64,000 nt of DNA, taken from sequence record OM337876.1. One strand, given 5' to 3'. The notes beneath the pieces were generated by a model, which saw nothing but the letters and a program-made list of their open reading frames with translations, did no database searches and had not been told where the DNA came from. A program made the position numbers and the translations under genes. Within the stretch, counting starts at the first letter, position 1. The number at the start of each line of letters is the position of its first letter. The DNA comes from Klebsiella phage KP182. Below, piece by piece: positions 48,591-58,511 of the stretch.

Positions 48591-50113
48591 AAGTAAATAT
48601 GATTCCCTTTAGCGAATTTAACTAATGCATTAGAACGCTTGACGGCTTCTTCTGCTCGAGTTTTATCTGTAGTTCTTTTTGATGTACGGTAAACATTACC
48701 AATTTTTTGACTGGTGTAATAATACACTACCTCATGAGTATGATACTCTTGTCCATCAGGATGCTGCTCACGACAAGTTTCTTCACGTAATGTGGTTTCA
48801 TACATAGGAACTAATGCCCAATCAATTCCTGTGCTAATGATTGCCACCTGGATGTCAAGTCTGTTCCAGCGAAACGCATTGATATATCCTAGGACCCGTG
48901 ATTCCGGGTCCATCATTGCGAATTTAATGTTTTCGGCTGAAGCTAATGGCATCTGTTTCACAATGCTCATACTAAGTTTTTTCTTAGTAGTTACGATTTC
49001 AATTTCCATGACCCGCCCTCATAATGTATGTCTAAATCAATGTTATCTTTGCCGCTGTACTTGCCAGTCAAAGGAATAAATTTAACCGTAACCTTTTCGC
49101 CGTCATCAAAAGTAAATTCGGCAATAGGGTATGTAGAAATTATACCACGTTCGGTTTTAGCACGAAATACGGCCCGAAGGCCGTTCACAATATAAACTTG
49201 ATCATTCTTCACTAGTTTTACCTTCTACATAATCAATCATTGGGCAGACTTTCCGCTTACGGGCTTTTAAATACTGGACAAATACCGATGGTTCGGCTTC
49301 TGCAGGAAGACCCGCTTTTACTCGAGCAAGTTTTTTGGTATACTGTTTCTGATTGCGGTAGTGTTTAAATTTTTCTAAACCAAAAATAAATCCAAACGCT
49401 ATAGCTGCAAATAAAAGCACAAATGCTGCTATAACCACTGCGCCAACTGGTACTGCTATAACATTTAACCAAAGCGCAGATAAACTAATACCCATCCAAG
49501 CGAGAATTCCTGTCTCTGCCACAATCGGCCAACCGAACATCCATGCAACAGAACCGATGAATGTGATAATCGCTGAAGAGAATAGAACATGAAGTACTGT
49601 TGTCCAGAAGTATCCACATAGAGTTTTTGGCATTTTCCACATGTTGTCAGATTTAAACCACAGGTTCATTTTGAAATGCCAAGAGTTTTTATTAATATTC
49701 ATTAGTTATCCTGTTTCATAGTTGGAATCATTGCGGTAAGATATTTGACCAGTTCAATAGCGTCGCTTTTATCAATAGCTACACAATCTCCGTCACGTTC
49801 AATTTCGATGATAGTATTATGTTCATACGTGTGGAATACCGTAAGATACAAATCAATAACATGCGGGCTTTCATCTTCAATTACTGCATCGCCTTTACGG
49901 GATTTTCCGTCCCATACTAATTTACTCGCCATCTTTTGCCTCTATCAAGAATTGAATTAATGAATCAATTTGTTTAGTATCAAGATGAATTATATCATTG
50001 CCTTGTTTTAGCACGATACGACTCAACTTTTTAGTGAAATACGAATTCACAACCTTTACATGCACATCGCTGTACGGATTATCTAAATTGGTACTATCAA
50101 GAATACTTTCCAT
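48587..50113 (-). other. five hypothetical ORFs (140, 73, 166 aa multi-TM membrane protein, 76, 63 aa)
   Basis: 48587..49009, 48991..49212, 49202..49702 (3-4 TM), 49702..49932, 49922..50113. Confidence 0.35.
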
Positions 50114-50115
50114 AA

Positions 50116-50382
50116 TTACCTCAATTGTGAATCTTTTGAACCGCGACGATTATAGGCAGAAGTCATTACTGTATCCCACTTTCCTTGACATTCTACACAC
50201 CGTTGACAGCCTTTAACCAACAGACGACGAGCTACTGGGATTTCCTCATCACAATCAACACAGAACTCTTCGGATTCCCGCTGTTCTTGGAGTTGTTTCT
50301 GAAGACGGGCCCATTCAATCCCGTCTGCTATTGTAGCTTCGCGAGTTGCAAATCCGTCATCTGATGGGCCCCATCCATTCAT
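50116..50382 (-). CDS. TraR/DksA-family C4 zinc-finger protein
   Basis: 88 aa; 'CVDCDEEIPVARRLLVKGCQRCVECQ' = Cx2C-x17-Cx2C TraR signature. Confidence 0.55.
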   Translation of the reverse strand: MNGWGPSDDGFATREATIADGIEWARLQKQLQEQRESEEFCVDCDEEIPVARRLLVKGCQRCVECQGKWDTVMTSAYNRRGSKDSQLR

Positions 50383-50473
50383 TTCAAACTCTCCAGAATC
50401 ATTTGCACCAAATTATATGTAAACATCGGATGCTGGTATTGTACCACAATATAGATGATAAGTAAAACGTTTC

Positions 50474-50962
50474 TCATTCTTCGCCATCATCAAAGTCGTA
50501 GTAATCATAATCACAACTGTCAAGATAAGAATCCATAAATTCTTGTTGACGGCGGAAATCTTCAGAAGGCGTCAGTCTGTCTGCATATGCTTGATCATCT
50601 GGATCGCTGAACTTATTTTCTTGGAGCTCTTTGATGAACTGTTCAGCTTCTTCACGAGTCCAAAAACCACGATTAAGATTATGAACAGAACGCTTTTCAC
50701 CTGGCTTGAATACACCCATATCATGGGCAGACCGTTCAGTTGAATAACTTTCAGTTTTTCCATGATAATTTTCATATTCACAAATCACTTGGAAGAAAGG
50801 AGATTTACGTGAATATACACCACGAAGACCAAGTTCTACATCATATGTGCCTGAAGCAACAATGTAACGCGTTATTTCGCCGGTTTTAGTTTCTGTGCGA
50901 TTAACACCACACACGTGATAAAAGATTTTTCCGGGTTGAAGCTCAGTGGTTAACTTAATCAT
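50474..50962 (-). CDS. hypothetical protein with a highly acidic C-terminus
   Basis: 162 aa; DYDYYDFDDGEE tail. Confidence 0.4.
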   Translation of the reverse strand: MIKLTTELQPGKIFYHVCGVNRTETKTGEITRYIVASGTYDVELGLRGVYSRKSPFFQVICEYENYHGKTESYSTERSAHDMGVFKPGEKRSVHNLNRGFWTREEAEQFIKELQENKFSDPDDQAYADRLTPSEDFRRQQEFMDSYLDSCDYDYYDFDDGEE

Positions 50963-50994
50963 AATGTTTTTCTCGTTTGGTTGTTGATATGTCT

Positions 50995-51023
50995 ATAGTA
51001 TCATGTAATGAAGGGAAGTAAAC
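50995..51023 (-). promoter_or_regulatory. early promoter GTTTAC-N17-TACTAT
   Basis: minus read AAAAGTTGTTTACTTCCCTTCATTACATGATACTAT. Confidence 0.55.
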
Positions 51024-51042
51024 AACTTTTTGAAAAGAAAAT

Positions 51043-51058
51043 GCCTCCCGAAGGAGGC
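51043..51058 (-). terminator. terminator GCCTCC-CGAA-GGAGGC after rI.-1
   Basis: trailer CAUUUUCUUUUC. Confidence 0.65.
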
Positions 51059-51066
51059 GGAGGGTA

Positions 51067-51453
51067 TTACTGCAATGATAACAAATACTTAGTCTTGTAG
51101 CATAGACCTGTAATGTCATCCAGAACACTTTGGAGGGCGGCAGGAACGGACTTGTAGATACCATCGGCCTTAGCCAGAATGAAGTCTAGCATTTCAATGG
51201 TGTCCTTTGGCAGCTCTTTCTGCGATGGTAAAGCCGGTGTATAACTCTTACCTGAGAATCCTAACCACTGCTCACCAAAAGCATCTATCAAATCTGGAAT
51301 CTCGTTAAAGAAAACTTCATACGCTTTATGTCTGGCATACGATTTGGTATCAAAATGCGCTGAATGAAAATACGCTTGAGACACCATAAGTAAACCGATG
51401 AATTCATCTTGCGGAGTAAGTTTACCGTCCTTTACAAAATCATTGAACTTCAT
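51067..51453 (-). CDS. rI.-1-like hypothetical protein
   Basis: 128 aa immediately downstream of rI, as T4 rI.-1. Confidence 0.5.
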   Translation of the reverse strand: MKFNDFVKDGKLTPQDEFIGLLMVSQAYFHSAHFDTKSYARHKAYEVFFNEIPDLIDAFGEQWLGFSGKSYTPALPSQKELPKDTIEMLDFILAKADGIYKSVPAALQSVLDDITGLCYKTKYLLSLQ

Positions 51454-51727
51454 TATCGAGTTGTATCCTCATACGGTTAGCGTATTCTTCACCTGCTGAA
51501 CGTCCTAAAGAATCGCAATCTTTAGAACAAGACTCGCTCTTCCATTTACTTTGTATGAAAGAATAGAACTGTTCAGACTCTTGCTTACTAGGCTCCTTAA
51601 ATTTAGCATAAACTTGTAGAGCTCCCTCAACATACGAATTATAATCTGAAATGTCGTCGTGTGATGCAGCTGGGAATGAAATCCCGCAGCCCAACACCAG
51701 GGCTAAGCAAATGTGATTAAAGGCCAT
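51440..51727 (-). CDS. rI: lysis inhibition regulator RI (antiholin), periplasmic with signal-anchor
   Basis: 95 aa; 'ESEQFYSFIQSKWKSESCSKDCDSLGRSAGEEYANRMRIQL' matches T4 RI 'SSEQFYSFMRTTYKNDPCSSDFECIERGAEMAQSYARIM'. Confidence 0.8.
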   Translation of the reverse strand: MAFNHICLALVLGCGISFPAASHDDISDYNSYVEGALQVYAKFKEPSKQESEQFYSFIQSKWKSESCSKDCDSLGRSAGEEYANRMRIQLDNEVQ

Positions 51728-51738
51728 ACAGCCTCCTA

Positions 51739-51957
51739 TTATTTTTGTCCAGTATTACGTTTGTGCTGAAGTACAGCCTTAACTTCTTTGAGGTATTTTT
51801 CCAGCTTACGTTTACGGGTATAATCTGCTTTTGAACTATGTTGACGAATTTCTTCCTGAAGGTGCGAAATACCATGCCCAATCTCACGACGAAGTTCGTC
51901 CAGCTGCTCTACAGTAAGATTACGAAGTTGCTTTTCACTTAAATGCTGCATATACAC
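51739..51957 (-). CDS. rI.1-like small protein
   Basis: 72 aa; late promoter upstream. Confidence 0.45.
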   Translation of the reverse strand: MYMQHLSEKQLRNLTVEQLDELRREIGHGISHLQEEIRQHSSKADYTRKRKLEKYLKEVKAVLQHKRNTGQK

Positions 51958-51975
51958 CTCATCAGTTAGTAATAG

Positions 51976-51983
51976 TATTTATA
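51976..51983 (-). promoter_or_regulatory. late promoter TATAAATA
   Basis: plus tatttata; ~20 nt upstream of the 51739..51957 gene. Confidence 0.6.
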
Positions 51984-51997
51984 TAAGTATGTGTTAC

Positions 51998-52869
51998 TTA
52001 ATCCCAAAGCCATTCGCAGATGCCTTGCTCAATGGTTCTAGCACCAGCTTCGTCCCAGTTATATTCTTCATCATACTTCAATGCACGCTTAATTTCGGCT
52101 TTATGAAATAAACGCGGAACTGGCATTGCATAGCGCGTCCAGCGCAGAGTTTTCCAGAATCCATCACGCTTTGATTTAGCGGTCAGTTTCTTGGCCTCTA
52201 ACGGTCTTTCCCTGTTTTCAGAAATACGCAATTCTACATATTTCTGTTGAGTTTCTTTATCTTTCTGAGTTTTAACGTATTCGTTATAGCTTTTAATATA
52301 AGCAAATTCGTTATTATTCTGATCGTTCCATTTGGAAGATTTTACTACATGCCAGCCTTTACGGCGAATTGTTCTAGACATTATTACCTCGTTAAGTTAA
52401 ATTACCTCAACGATAGTAAAATCCTGATTTGAAAAATTTAATATTCATGAATAGATGACCTTGCATTTACATTTTGGACATTCAGGTTCTTTGGTTTTAA
52501 GACGCTTGGTAGCAGTCTTTGGAGCAGTGTTGTAATCATATACATGAAGACAACGATAGCACATCACATATTTTTTCATATTAAACCAATAACGAAAGCA
52601 ATATTACGTATAGTAAAAACCCAATCACGAGTACTAGTACTATACCACCCGCTATAGCAAATAGGCTACTCATGTTTAATATAACACCCATTCGTATTAG
52701 CAATAAAGTCTTTACCCTGTGCCAATACTTTACATTCGGAATTAAGACGATTTTGAAGTTCTTCTCGTCTATCGCTTTGAATAGATGCTGCTACACCCAT
52801 CCAAATGAATAACATACTTAAAACTAGCATCAGGAGAGTATTATACGTTCTTGGCTTCATCATAAGCAC
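51998..52869 (-). other. two hypothetical ORFs (127 aa basic; 67 aa membrane)
   Basis: 51998..52381, 52666..52869. Confidence 0.35.
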
Positions 52870-53440
52870 CTACCAGTTCGCACCAGTGTTTACGACAAAG
52901 AGAAACGTATTTGTCTTCACCACCAAGTTCTACTACTTCACCATCGGTAATAGCATTTCCGTTTTCGTCAATACGAGCTACCATTGTAGCCTTACGTCCA
53001 CAGTGGCAAACGCCCTTGAGCTCAACAAGTTTATCGGCTACAGAAAGAAGAGCTTTAGAACCTTCGAATAACTCGCCGCGAAAATCAGTGCGAAGCCCAT
53101 ATGCCATTACTGGAACATCATACAAGTCAACGATTTTACATAGCTGAAGAACATGTTCAGCAGTCAAGAATTGTGCTTCATCTACAAATACACAATGAAT
53201 ATCACGTTGTGTTTGTGCCCACTTGAAAAATTCAAGTATGTCAATAGATTCGTCTACTGTATTAGCTTCATGACGTAGACCAATACGAGAAGTAACTTCC
53301 GTTGCCGAATCCCGAGTATCAATAGCAGGTTTCAGAATGAGAGTTCCCATTCCTCGTTCTTTATAGTTATGAGCTGCTGTAAGAAGGTTAGCTGATTTGC
53401 CTGCATTCATACTCGCGTAGTTGAAATAAAGCTGAGCCAT
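52841..53440 (-). CDS. tk: thymidine kinase
   Basis: 199 aa; 'MNAGKS' P-loop, 'VFVDEAQF' Walker B, C-terminal CHCG...C zinc site; matches T4 Tk. Confidence 0.93.
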   Translation of the reverse strand: MAQLYFNYASMNAGKSANLLTAAHNYKERGMGTLILKPAIDTRDSATEVTSRIGLRHEANTVDESIDILEFFKWAQTQRDIHCVFVDEAQFLTAEHVLQLCKIVDLYDVPVMAYGLRTDFRGELFEGSKALLSVADKLVELKGVCHCGRKATMVARIDENGNAITDGEVVELGGEDKYVSLCRKHWCELVGAYDEAKNV

Positions 53441-53631
53441 TAAAGAGTCTCCATAAAATCAGAAATAGCTTTCTTAGAACGGATGAGTTCATCGTATTCT
53501 TCTGGTAGTCCATTTCCGTAAATGGAACTAATAGCTACTACTTGCTCAGCACCTGCATAATCATCAATCAACTGCCACAGTTTAGTTTTTTGCTCTTTAG
53601 TAATCATCTATTTACCTCTAACAAAACAGAT

Positions 53632-54099
53632 TTAGCATTTAGCCTCTTCATATTCTACCACCGTAATGTCAATATCAGGGGTTGCTAAATTAATAAGTTT
53701 CTCAATTAGTTCCCAATCACCGCCAGCAATACCAGCTCCAATTTTTGGAATGTATAGAGGACGATTATAAACAACACGACCAGAATTTAGCTCATGGAAT
53801 GCATTAAAAATTGCGCCGTAATCAACATTTGGACCTGGCGCATACTGGGTGTATAGATTATAGCAATATGCAGTGCCGTTCTTGTGGGTAGCTCGTGTAT
53901 GAGTTCCAAGCTTAGCTAAATTGTTGTCATAATAACGGTCTTCATCGATGTCAATATTTAAAATCGGCGGATATGCTTTAGCAAGCTGTCCAGCTACACC
54001 GGCACCCATTGTAGTAAAGCAATTACATCCATGAGCAATATCACATTCATTCTTCATGAATAGTTCTACAATATTACCCTTGATATATCCAGTAATCAT
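53632..54099 (-). CDS. stand-alone macro-domain (ADP-ribose binding/hydrolase-like) protein
   Basis: 155 aa; 'DIAHGCNCFTTMGAGVAGQL' and 'IPKIGAGIAGGDW' resemble the two glycine-rich ADP-ribose-binding loops of macro domains (Macro_2-like). Confidence 0.5.
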   Translation of the reverse strand: MITGYIKGNIVELFMKNECDIAHGCNCFTTMGAGVAGQLAKAYPPILNIDIDEDRYYDNNLAKLGTHTRATHKNGTAYCYNLYTQYAPGPNVDYGAIFNAFHELNSGRVVYNRPLYIPKIGAGIAGGDWELIEKLINLATPDIDITVVEYEEAKC

Positions 54100-54107
54100 T
54101 TATTCAC

Positions 54108-54817
54108 CTACGGAATTTTATAAGTTGCATATTCATTAAGATTATTGTATACTCTTAAAAATATAGCATTGTTACAGTTAAGGATAGGGTTTAACACGCC
54201 TTGTTCTTTAGGGTGCATTACTCCGTCAATAGAAACGCCATCGCTCTGCATTCCACATCCACGAGCATTATATTCGACAAGTGGAACTATCACCTGGTCA
54301 TCTTTATCTTGATAATTATAAAATGACATTAGCAATTTTCTGCTGCTAGGAACAAATGCTATTTCAATGTTGTTCTTGAATGGGCCATTGCTTTCTATTT
54401 TAGTACCCTGTGCTGCAAGTACAGTTTCAGGATAGCCTGGGAGCTTTTCCCAGGCATTAACTGAAAATGCGCAGCATAATAAAATAGCCGCTTTTTTCAT
54501 TTTGACGATAGTCCTGACATATAACGAGCCATTAATTGGTCACGATACATTAAACATATATTTTCGTTAGGAGCATTGACACATAAATCTTTCATGCTCT
54601 TAGCCTTACGATTTATTAGTGTTGTCCACTGGGCCGGGCTACGTGAATCTTTTACTCCATCGCTGAATGCTGAATCTAATTCAAGCGCTAATATATCAAC
54701 GCATTCAGAGTTCGTATTGCAAAATGTTTTAGCGATACGAAGTGAATCTGTCATTGAATTTTCAGCATTAGCAGAGAATGCCAATACCAATCCAAGAAGC
54801 GCGGCGTACTTTACCAT
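54108..54817 (-). other. two secreted (signal peptide) hypothetical proteins (130, 106 aa)
   Basis: 54108..54500 (MKKAAILLCCAFSVNA), 54497..54817 (MVKYAALLGLVLAFSANA). Confidence 0.45.
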
Positions 54818-55362
54818 TATTCCACCTTTATATGTAGCATTTTATGTTTTTTTAAGAAATTAGCTTTCTCTAGGACATCTGATGCATAAGAGTTTCCTCT
54901 TTTGACATTCCATCCTGCGTTATAACTAGCAAGAGCTTTTCGCATATTGCCGTTATGTATATTTAACCAATATGAAAGCTCAATATATGCCCATTCCGCG
55001 GAATTCTGTCTAGATTTAAGCATTTTTCTTATTTCAGAATCACTAAGGTTTTTGCCCTCTAATTTAGCTCTGGCTTTAACCGTAGGCAAGTAATTTTGAA
55101 ATACCCCATAAGAATGATGCCCCTTTCCTGCTTTTAAATTGGCTCCTGCCGAAGATTCTTTCCATGATATAGCAGCCATTATATATCCTAAGCCGTTATT
55201 ATCATATCGGTTATGCGGAGATTTTTCCTTTCCGGATTTTTGATATTGCTCACCAAAATTATATGCGTAATGCAAGTTGTCAAGTTGAACATTACTGAAA
55301 GTTGGCTCAGACCCAAAGGCCGTTGAACACAAGGCCATTAGACCGATAAGCGCTTTTTTCAT
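54817..55362 (-). CDS. periplasmic lytic-transglycosylase-like (SLT domain) protein
   Basis: 181 aa; signal peptide; 'AISWKESSAG...GHHSYGVFQ' resembles the SLT catalytic E-S ... GLMQ motif (vs.1 position). Confidence 0.45.
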   Translation of the reverse strand: MKKALIGLMALCSTAFGSEPTFSNVQLDNLHYAYNFGEQYQKSGKEKSPHNRYDNNGLGYIMAAISWKESSAGANLKAGKGHHSYGVFQNYLPTVKARAKLEGKNLSDSEIRKMLKSRQNSAEWAYIELSYWLNIHNGNMRKALASYNAGWNVKRGNSYASDVLEKANFLKKHKMLHIKVE

Positions 55363-55369
55363 GTTTACC

Positions 55370-55828
55370 TCAATTAATGTGTATAACTTTTGTGCTGATT
55401 TTACCTTTCAAACGTTTATCATTAACGAATGCCATACGACACTTTATACTAGGTCCTTTTCCCGGTCTTGGAACATCCATAGTAAACCCTAGCCACAGAT
55501 TTCCATCCGTAATTTCTAACCGCATTGGCTTATACTCGATGTTTTCATCAATGTCTTTTGGGTCAATTGGAAGCCAAGGCATTGCTAAGAATTCATTAAT
55601 TTCTTTAAGATGATTAGGAATTTTGGAAAGAACAGAGAATACATACTCTTCATCAATTTCACGTTGGATAGCACGGTCCAACAAATGATCAGAGTACTTA
55701 GTGAAGAAAGGCTCTTTGCCCTCAGCCTTAGCTCGGGCACGAACTGATAAATTCAAAGAGCGAAAAGCTTCCTCAAACTTACGGCGCAGTTTAGTTCTGC
55801 GAATGAATACTTCTGGGTTAGTTGACAT
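55370..55828 (-). CDS. regB: RegB endoribonuclease
   Basis: 152 aa; EVFIRR.KLRR.FE..FR......KYS.HLLDRAIQREIDE.YVF......EITDGNLWLGFT matches T4 RegB. Confidence 0.9.
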   Translation of the reverse strand: MSTNPEVFIRRTKLRRKFEEAFRSLNLSVRARAKAEGKEPFFTKYSDHLLDRAIQREIDEEYVFSVLSKIPNHLKEINEFLAMPWLPIDPKDIDENIEYKPMRLEITDGNLWLGFTMDVPRPGKGPSIKCRMAFVNDKRLKGKISTKVIHIN

Positions 55829-55855
55829 AGTTCATTCTCCTTTGTTTGTAGGGCC

Positions 55856-55885
55856 ATAGTATCATGGCCCGTAAGGAAAGTAAAC
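55856..55885 (-). promoter_or_regulatory. early promoter GTTTAC-N18-TACTAT with spacer stem GGGCCATG...CATGGCCC
   Basis: minus read AAAAGTAGTTTACTTTCCTTACGGGCCATGATACTATGGCCC. Confidence 0.65.
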
Positions 55886-55891
55886 TACTTT

Positions 55892-56173
55892 TTAATATTT
55901 TTCTTCTGGCTGAAACACTGAACGACACGCCCACATAGAAGCTTCCTTCAAGTGTTGAATCGCGTTGCGAATTTGAGTAATACGCTCATGTGCTAAATCA
56001 AATTCTTTGTCGCTCATTGTGCTAACATCTAAATTCATGTATTTTTCAACATGCTCTTCTTCCAATGCTTTAAAAATTAATCCAAGACGAATTTCCGCGT
56101 CTTTGATAGCATTTACTTTACCAATCTTTTCATCGGTATGTGGCTTATATCCTTTGATATCTTCAATTGCCAT
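55892..56173 (-). CDS. vs.x-position small protein (93 aa); low-confidence candidate for a Vs.4/Acb2-like cyclic-nucleotide sponge
   Basis: size (93 vs 94 aa) and location next to regB only; no sequence confirmation. Confidence 0.2.
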   Translation of the reverse strand: MAIEDIKGYKPHTDEKIGKVNAIKDAEIRLGLIFKALEEEHVEKYMNLDVSTMSDKEFDLAHERITQIRNAIQHLKEASMWACRSVFQPEEKY

Positions 56174-56535
56174 TATAGTGCCTCTGTGAAAGTACGGGCG
56201 ATAACGTCGCGCTGCTGTTCTGGTGTCAGGGAGTTAAAGCGCACCGCGTAGCCGGAAACACGAATGGTAAGCTGCGGGTATTTTTCCGGATGCTCAACCG
56301 CGTCCAGCAGAGTTTCGCGACGCAGCACGTTAACGTTCAGGTGCTGACCGCCTTCAATTTTTACCGTTGGCTGGTATTCAATTTCTACTTCACGAGCCTT
56401 GTAGCCATAAAAAGTTTCAGCATCCGTAATAGTATCTTCTTTAAGAACTTTTGAAACGATTACTCGTGCGTCATCACCATCTTCGATGTAAATGGTGCCT
56501 TTAAGTTCACCTTCAAGAATTTGATATGCTTTCAT
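56173..56535 (-). CDS. autonomous glycyl radical cofactor (GrcA/YfiD-like; T4 Y06I-type)
   Basis: 120 aa; C-terminal ~60 aa '[57 protein letters not shown]' virtually identical to E. coli GrcA; the 3' half of the gene is GC-rich. Confidence 0.85.
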   Translation of the reverse strand: MKAYQILEGELKGTIYIEDGDDARVIVSKVLKEDTITDAETFYGYKAREVEIEYQPTVKIEGGQHLNVNVLRRETLLDAVEHPEKYPQLTIRVSGYAVRFNSLTPEQQRDVIARTFTEAL

Positions 56536-56543
56536 ATTTCCTC

Positions 56544-57181
56544 TTAATTAGATTCTTTATTCCAACCGTGCATATATGCAGTAACTACACTCATTTTATT
56601 CCATTCGTCTGAATGAAACTTCGCAGCTGCTTCTAGATAAGTTATTTTATCTTCGTGATAAGTAACTTCTTCATCAGTTTCTTTATCGTATTCCACAATT
56701 TCAATAGGCTCGTCAACTCCATATCCGCGAGTGCCTATATACGTTGTGGCTTCTTCCCACTGTTTGGTTGTTTCATTCCAAGTTCCATTCTGGTGAGCTT
56801 CATAAAAATCTTGCTCACCAGAATTACTGAACCATTCACAGAAGCTCTCGACTAGGTGTGGAGGACACCTTATAACAATTTCAGCCATTGCATTGTTTTC
56901 TCTTGAATGCGTTGGTCATATGTGATTAAGCTTGAACTAATCACGCCTTTGAGCTTGCCAGATATAAACTCAATTCTAAAATTAGGATAGCGATTCATCC
57001 ACTTCGTGTTAGGAGCATTAGAAATGAATTCTGCGCCTTTGAACGGACCAGACAGAAACTTGTAGCGCTTGTACTCAAGCAGGTTGCCAGCCGTAACCAT
57101 TGTTATTAATTGCTTCATATCGGCAAATCCTGTATTTTCCATTACTGTAATCATATCAACAATTTCTGTCTGTGTCATCAT
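56544..57181 (-). other. two hypothetical ORFs (114, 103 aa)
   Basis: 56544..56888, 56870..57181. Confidence 0.35.
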
Positions 57182-57711
57182 TGCATTCCTATCACGAAAA
57201 ATAAAGGTAAGGTATCATTAGGCATAGACCATCTGATAGCTTCCTGGTACATATCATAGAACTTCATCATATCGGGAACTTTCATTGGTTCTTCAATGAT
57301 AATTAATGCTCTTCCAAACTTTCTTCCTCTAAACTTATAAGAGGAATCATTGGATAGAAATTCCCTGATTGTCATCGGAACAATTGATTTAGCTATCTCG
57401 TTAGCCGGTAATTTATTAATTAAATGCGATGAATTATATTCTCGTAGAATACCTTCCATCAGTTCAGATGATTGTGTGTATCGAGTAGATAAGATTATAA
57501 CCGAACCATCTTCAAGCAACCAATCTGTAGCAAATTGGCATAAGGCTGTGGTCTTTCCGGTTTGTCTTCCACCGTCTAGACGAAGGGTACCGTACTCTCG
57601 CATAAGGCAAGACGGTTCATAAAAACTGTAGTTGGGATTATTCAATCGTCTGTCTGCAGCGTCTCTGAAAGCATGCATCAGGGTCAAATAAATGGGAGTT
57701 AAGTGTTTCAT
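57178..57711 (-). CDS. P-loop NTPase-like hypothetical protein
   Basis: 177 aa; 'GGRQTGKTT' Walker A-like. Confidence 0.4.
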   Translation of the reverse strand: MKHLTPIYLTLMHAFRDAADRRLNNPNYSFYEPSCLMREYGTLRLDGGRQTGKTTALCQFATDWLLEDGSVIILSTRYTQSSELMEGILREYNSSHLINKLPANEIAKSIVPMTIREFLSNDSSYKFRGRKFGRALIIIEEPMKVPDMMKFYDMYQEAIRWSMPNDTLPLFFVIGMQ

Positions 57712-57889
57712 TTTAGATTCCAGTTAAAGGGGCCATTCCTTGGCACATGTTTAATCCATCGACACACTATGTAAACCCCTTACCGCACTTGGGCTCGACC
57801 TTATTACAGGTAGGAAAAGCTACTTCACTCAGAGGACTCGACGTTCATGAGGAGAGGTCGTGTTCAGCTTTATTAGGAATTAGTTTGAA

Positions 57890-58459
57890 TTAACGGGCTG
57901 CATTAGCAACGGCGTAAGCGTACTGAACATTAGCGTCTTTAAACGTACCTTTAGAGGTATCTAAATCTGCCTTAAATCCGCCTTTAGTCATAATCTCGGC
58001 GAATTCTTTACGGAAGGCCATGGCGTCAAGATTTTTCCATGTTGATTTGTGCTTGGCAAATTCACGACCAGCGAAGTTGACAGCCTTAGCCAATTTATTA
58101 TCAATAACCCATTTACCAGCTTTAGGCACAAACACCGGGCCTTTCTGCTTAGAGAATAGTTTTAAATTCCAGCGCCGAAGGTCTCCATCAGCTTTAACAA
58201 AATCTGGGTCCAAGTTACTAGCAACAACATCTTGAATATGGCCAAATTTAAGTCCATCAACTTCAATATTTAGGTCGTTACGCCAGCGAAGTCCTTCCCA
58301 GGCGAAGGCTTTAAAGTCTGAAGCCTTTGTAGCTAAATACCGCTCAATAGGAGCTGTTTTAGGGTCAAAGCCGTTTCCTCGGTAGGTCCACTCATCTTTA
58401 TTAATGCCATTGACCTTTCCTGCATAAGCTTCAGTAATAAATTCTTTATATGTTTTCAT
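57890..58459 (-). CDS. internal head protein (IPIII-like) with capsid targeting sequence
   Basis: 189 aa; N-terminus MKTYKEFITEAYAG matches the T4 IP CTS (MKTYQEFIAE); upstream of e as T4 ipIII/ipII. Confidence 0.6.
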   Translation of the reverse strand: MKTYKEFITEAYAGKVNGINKDEWTYRGNGFDPKTAPIERYLATKASDFKAFAWEGLRWRNDLNIEVDGLKFGHIQDVVASNLDPDFVKADGDLRRWNLKLFSKQKGPVFVPKAGKWVIDNKLAKAVNFAGREFAKHKSTWKNLDAMAFRKEFAEIMTKGGFKADLDTSKGTFKDANVQYAYAVANAAR

Positions 58460-58511
58460 TTTATATCCTTTAAGTTAATACGTGTCATAGTAGCCTCCAT
58501 TTAATAAGGCT

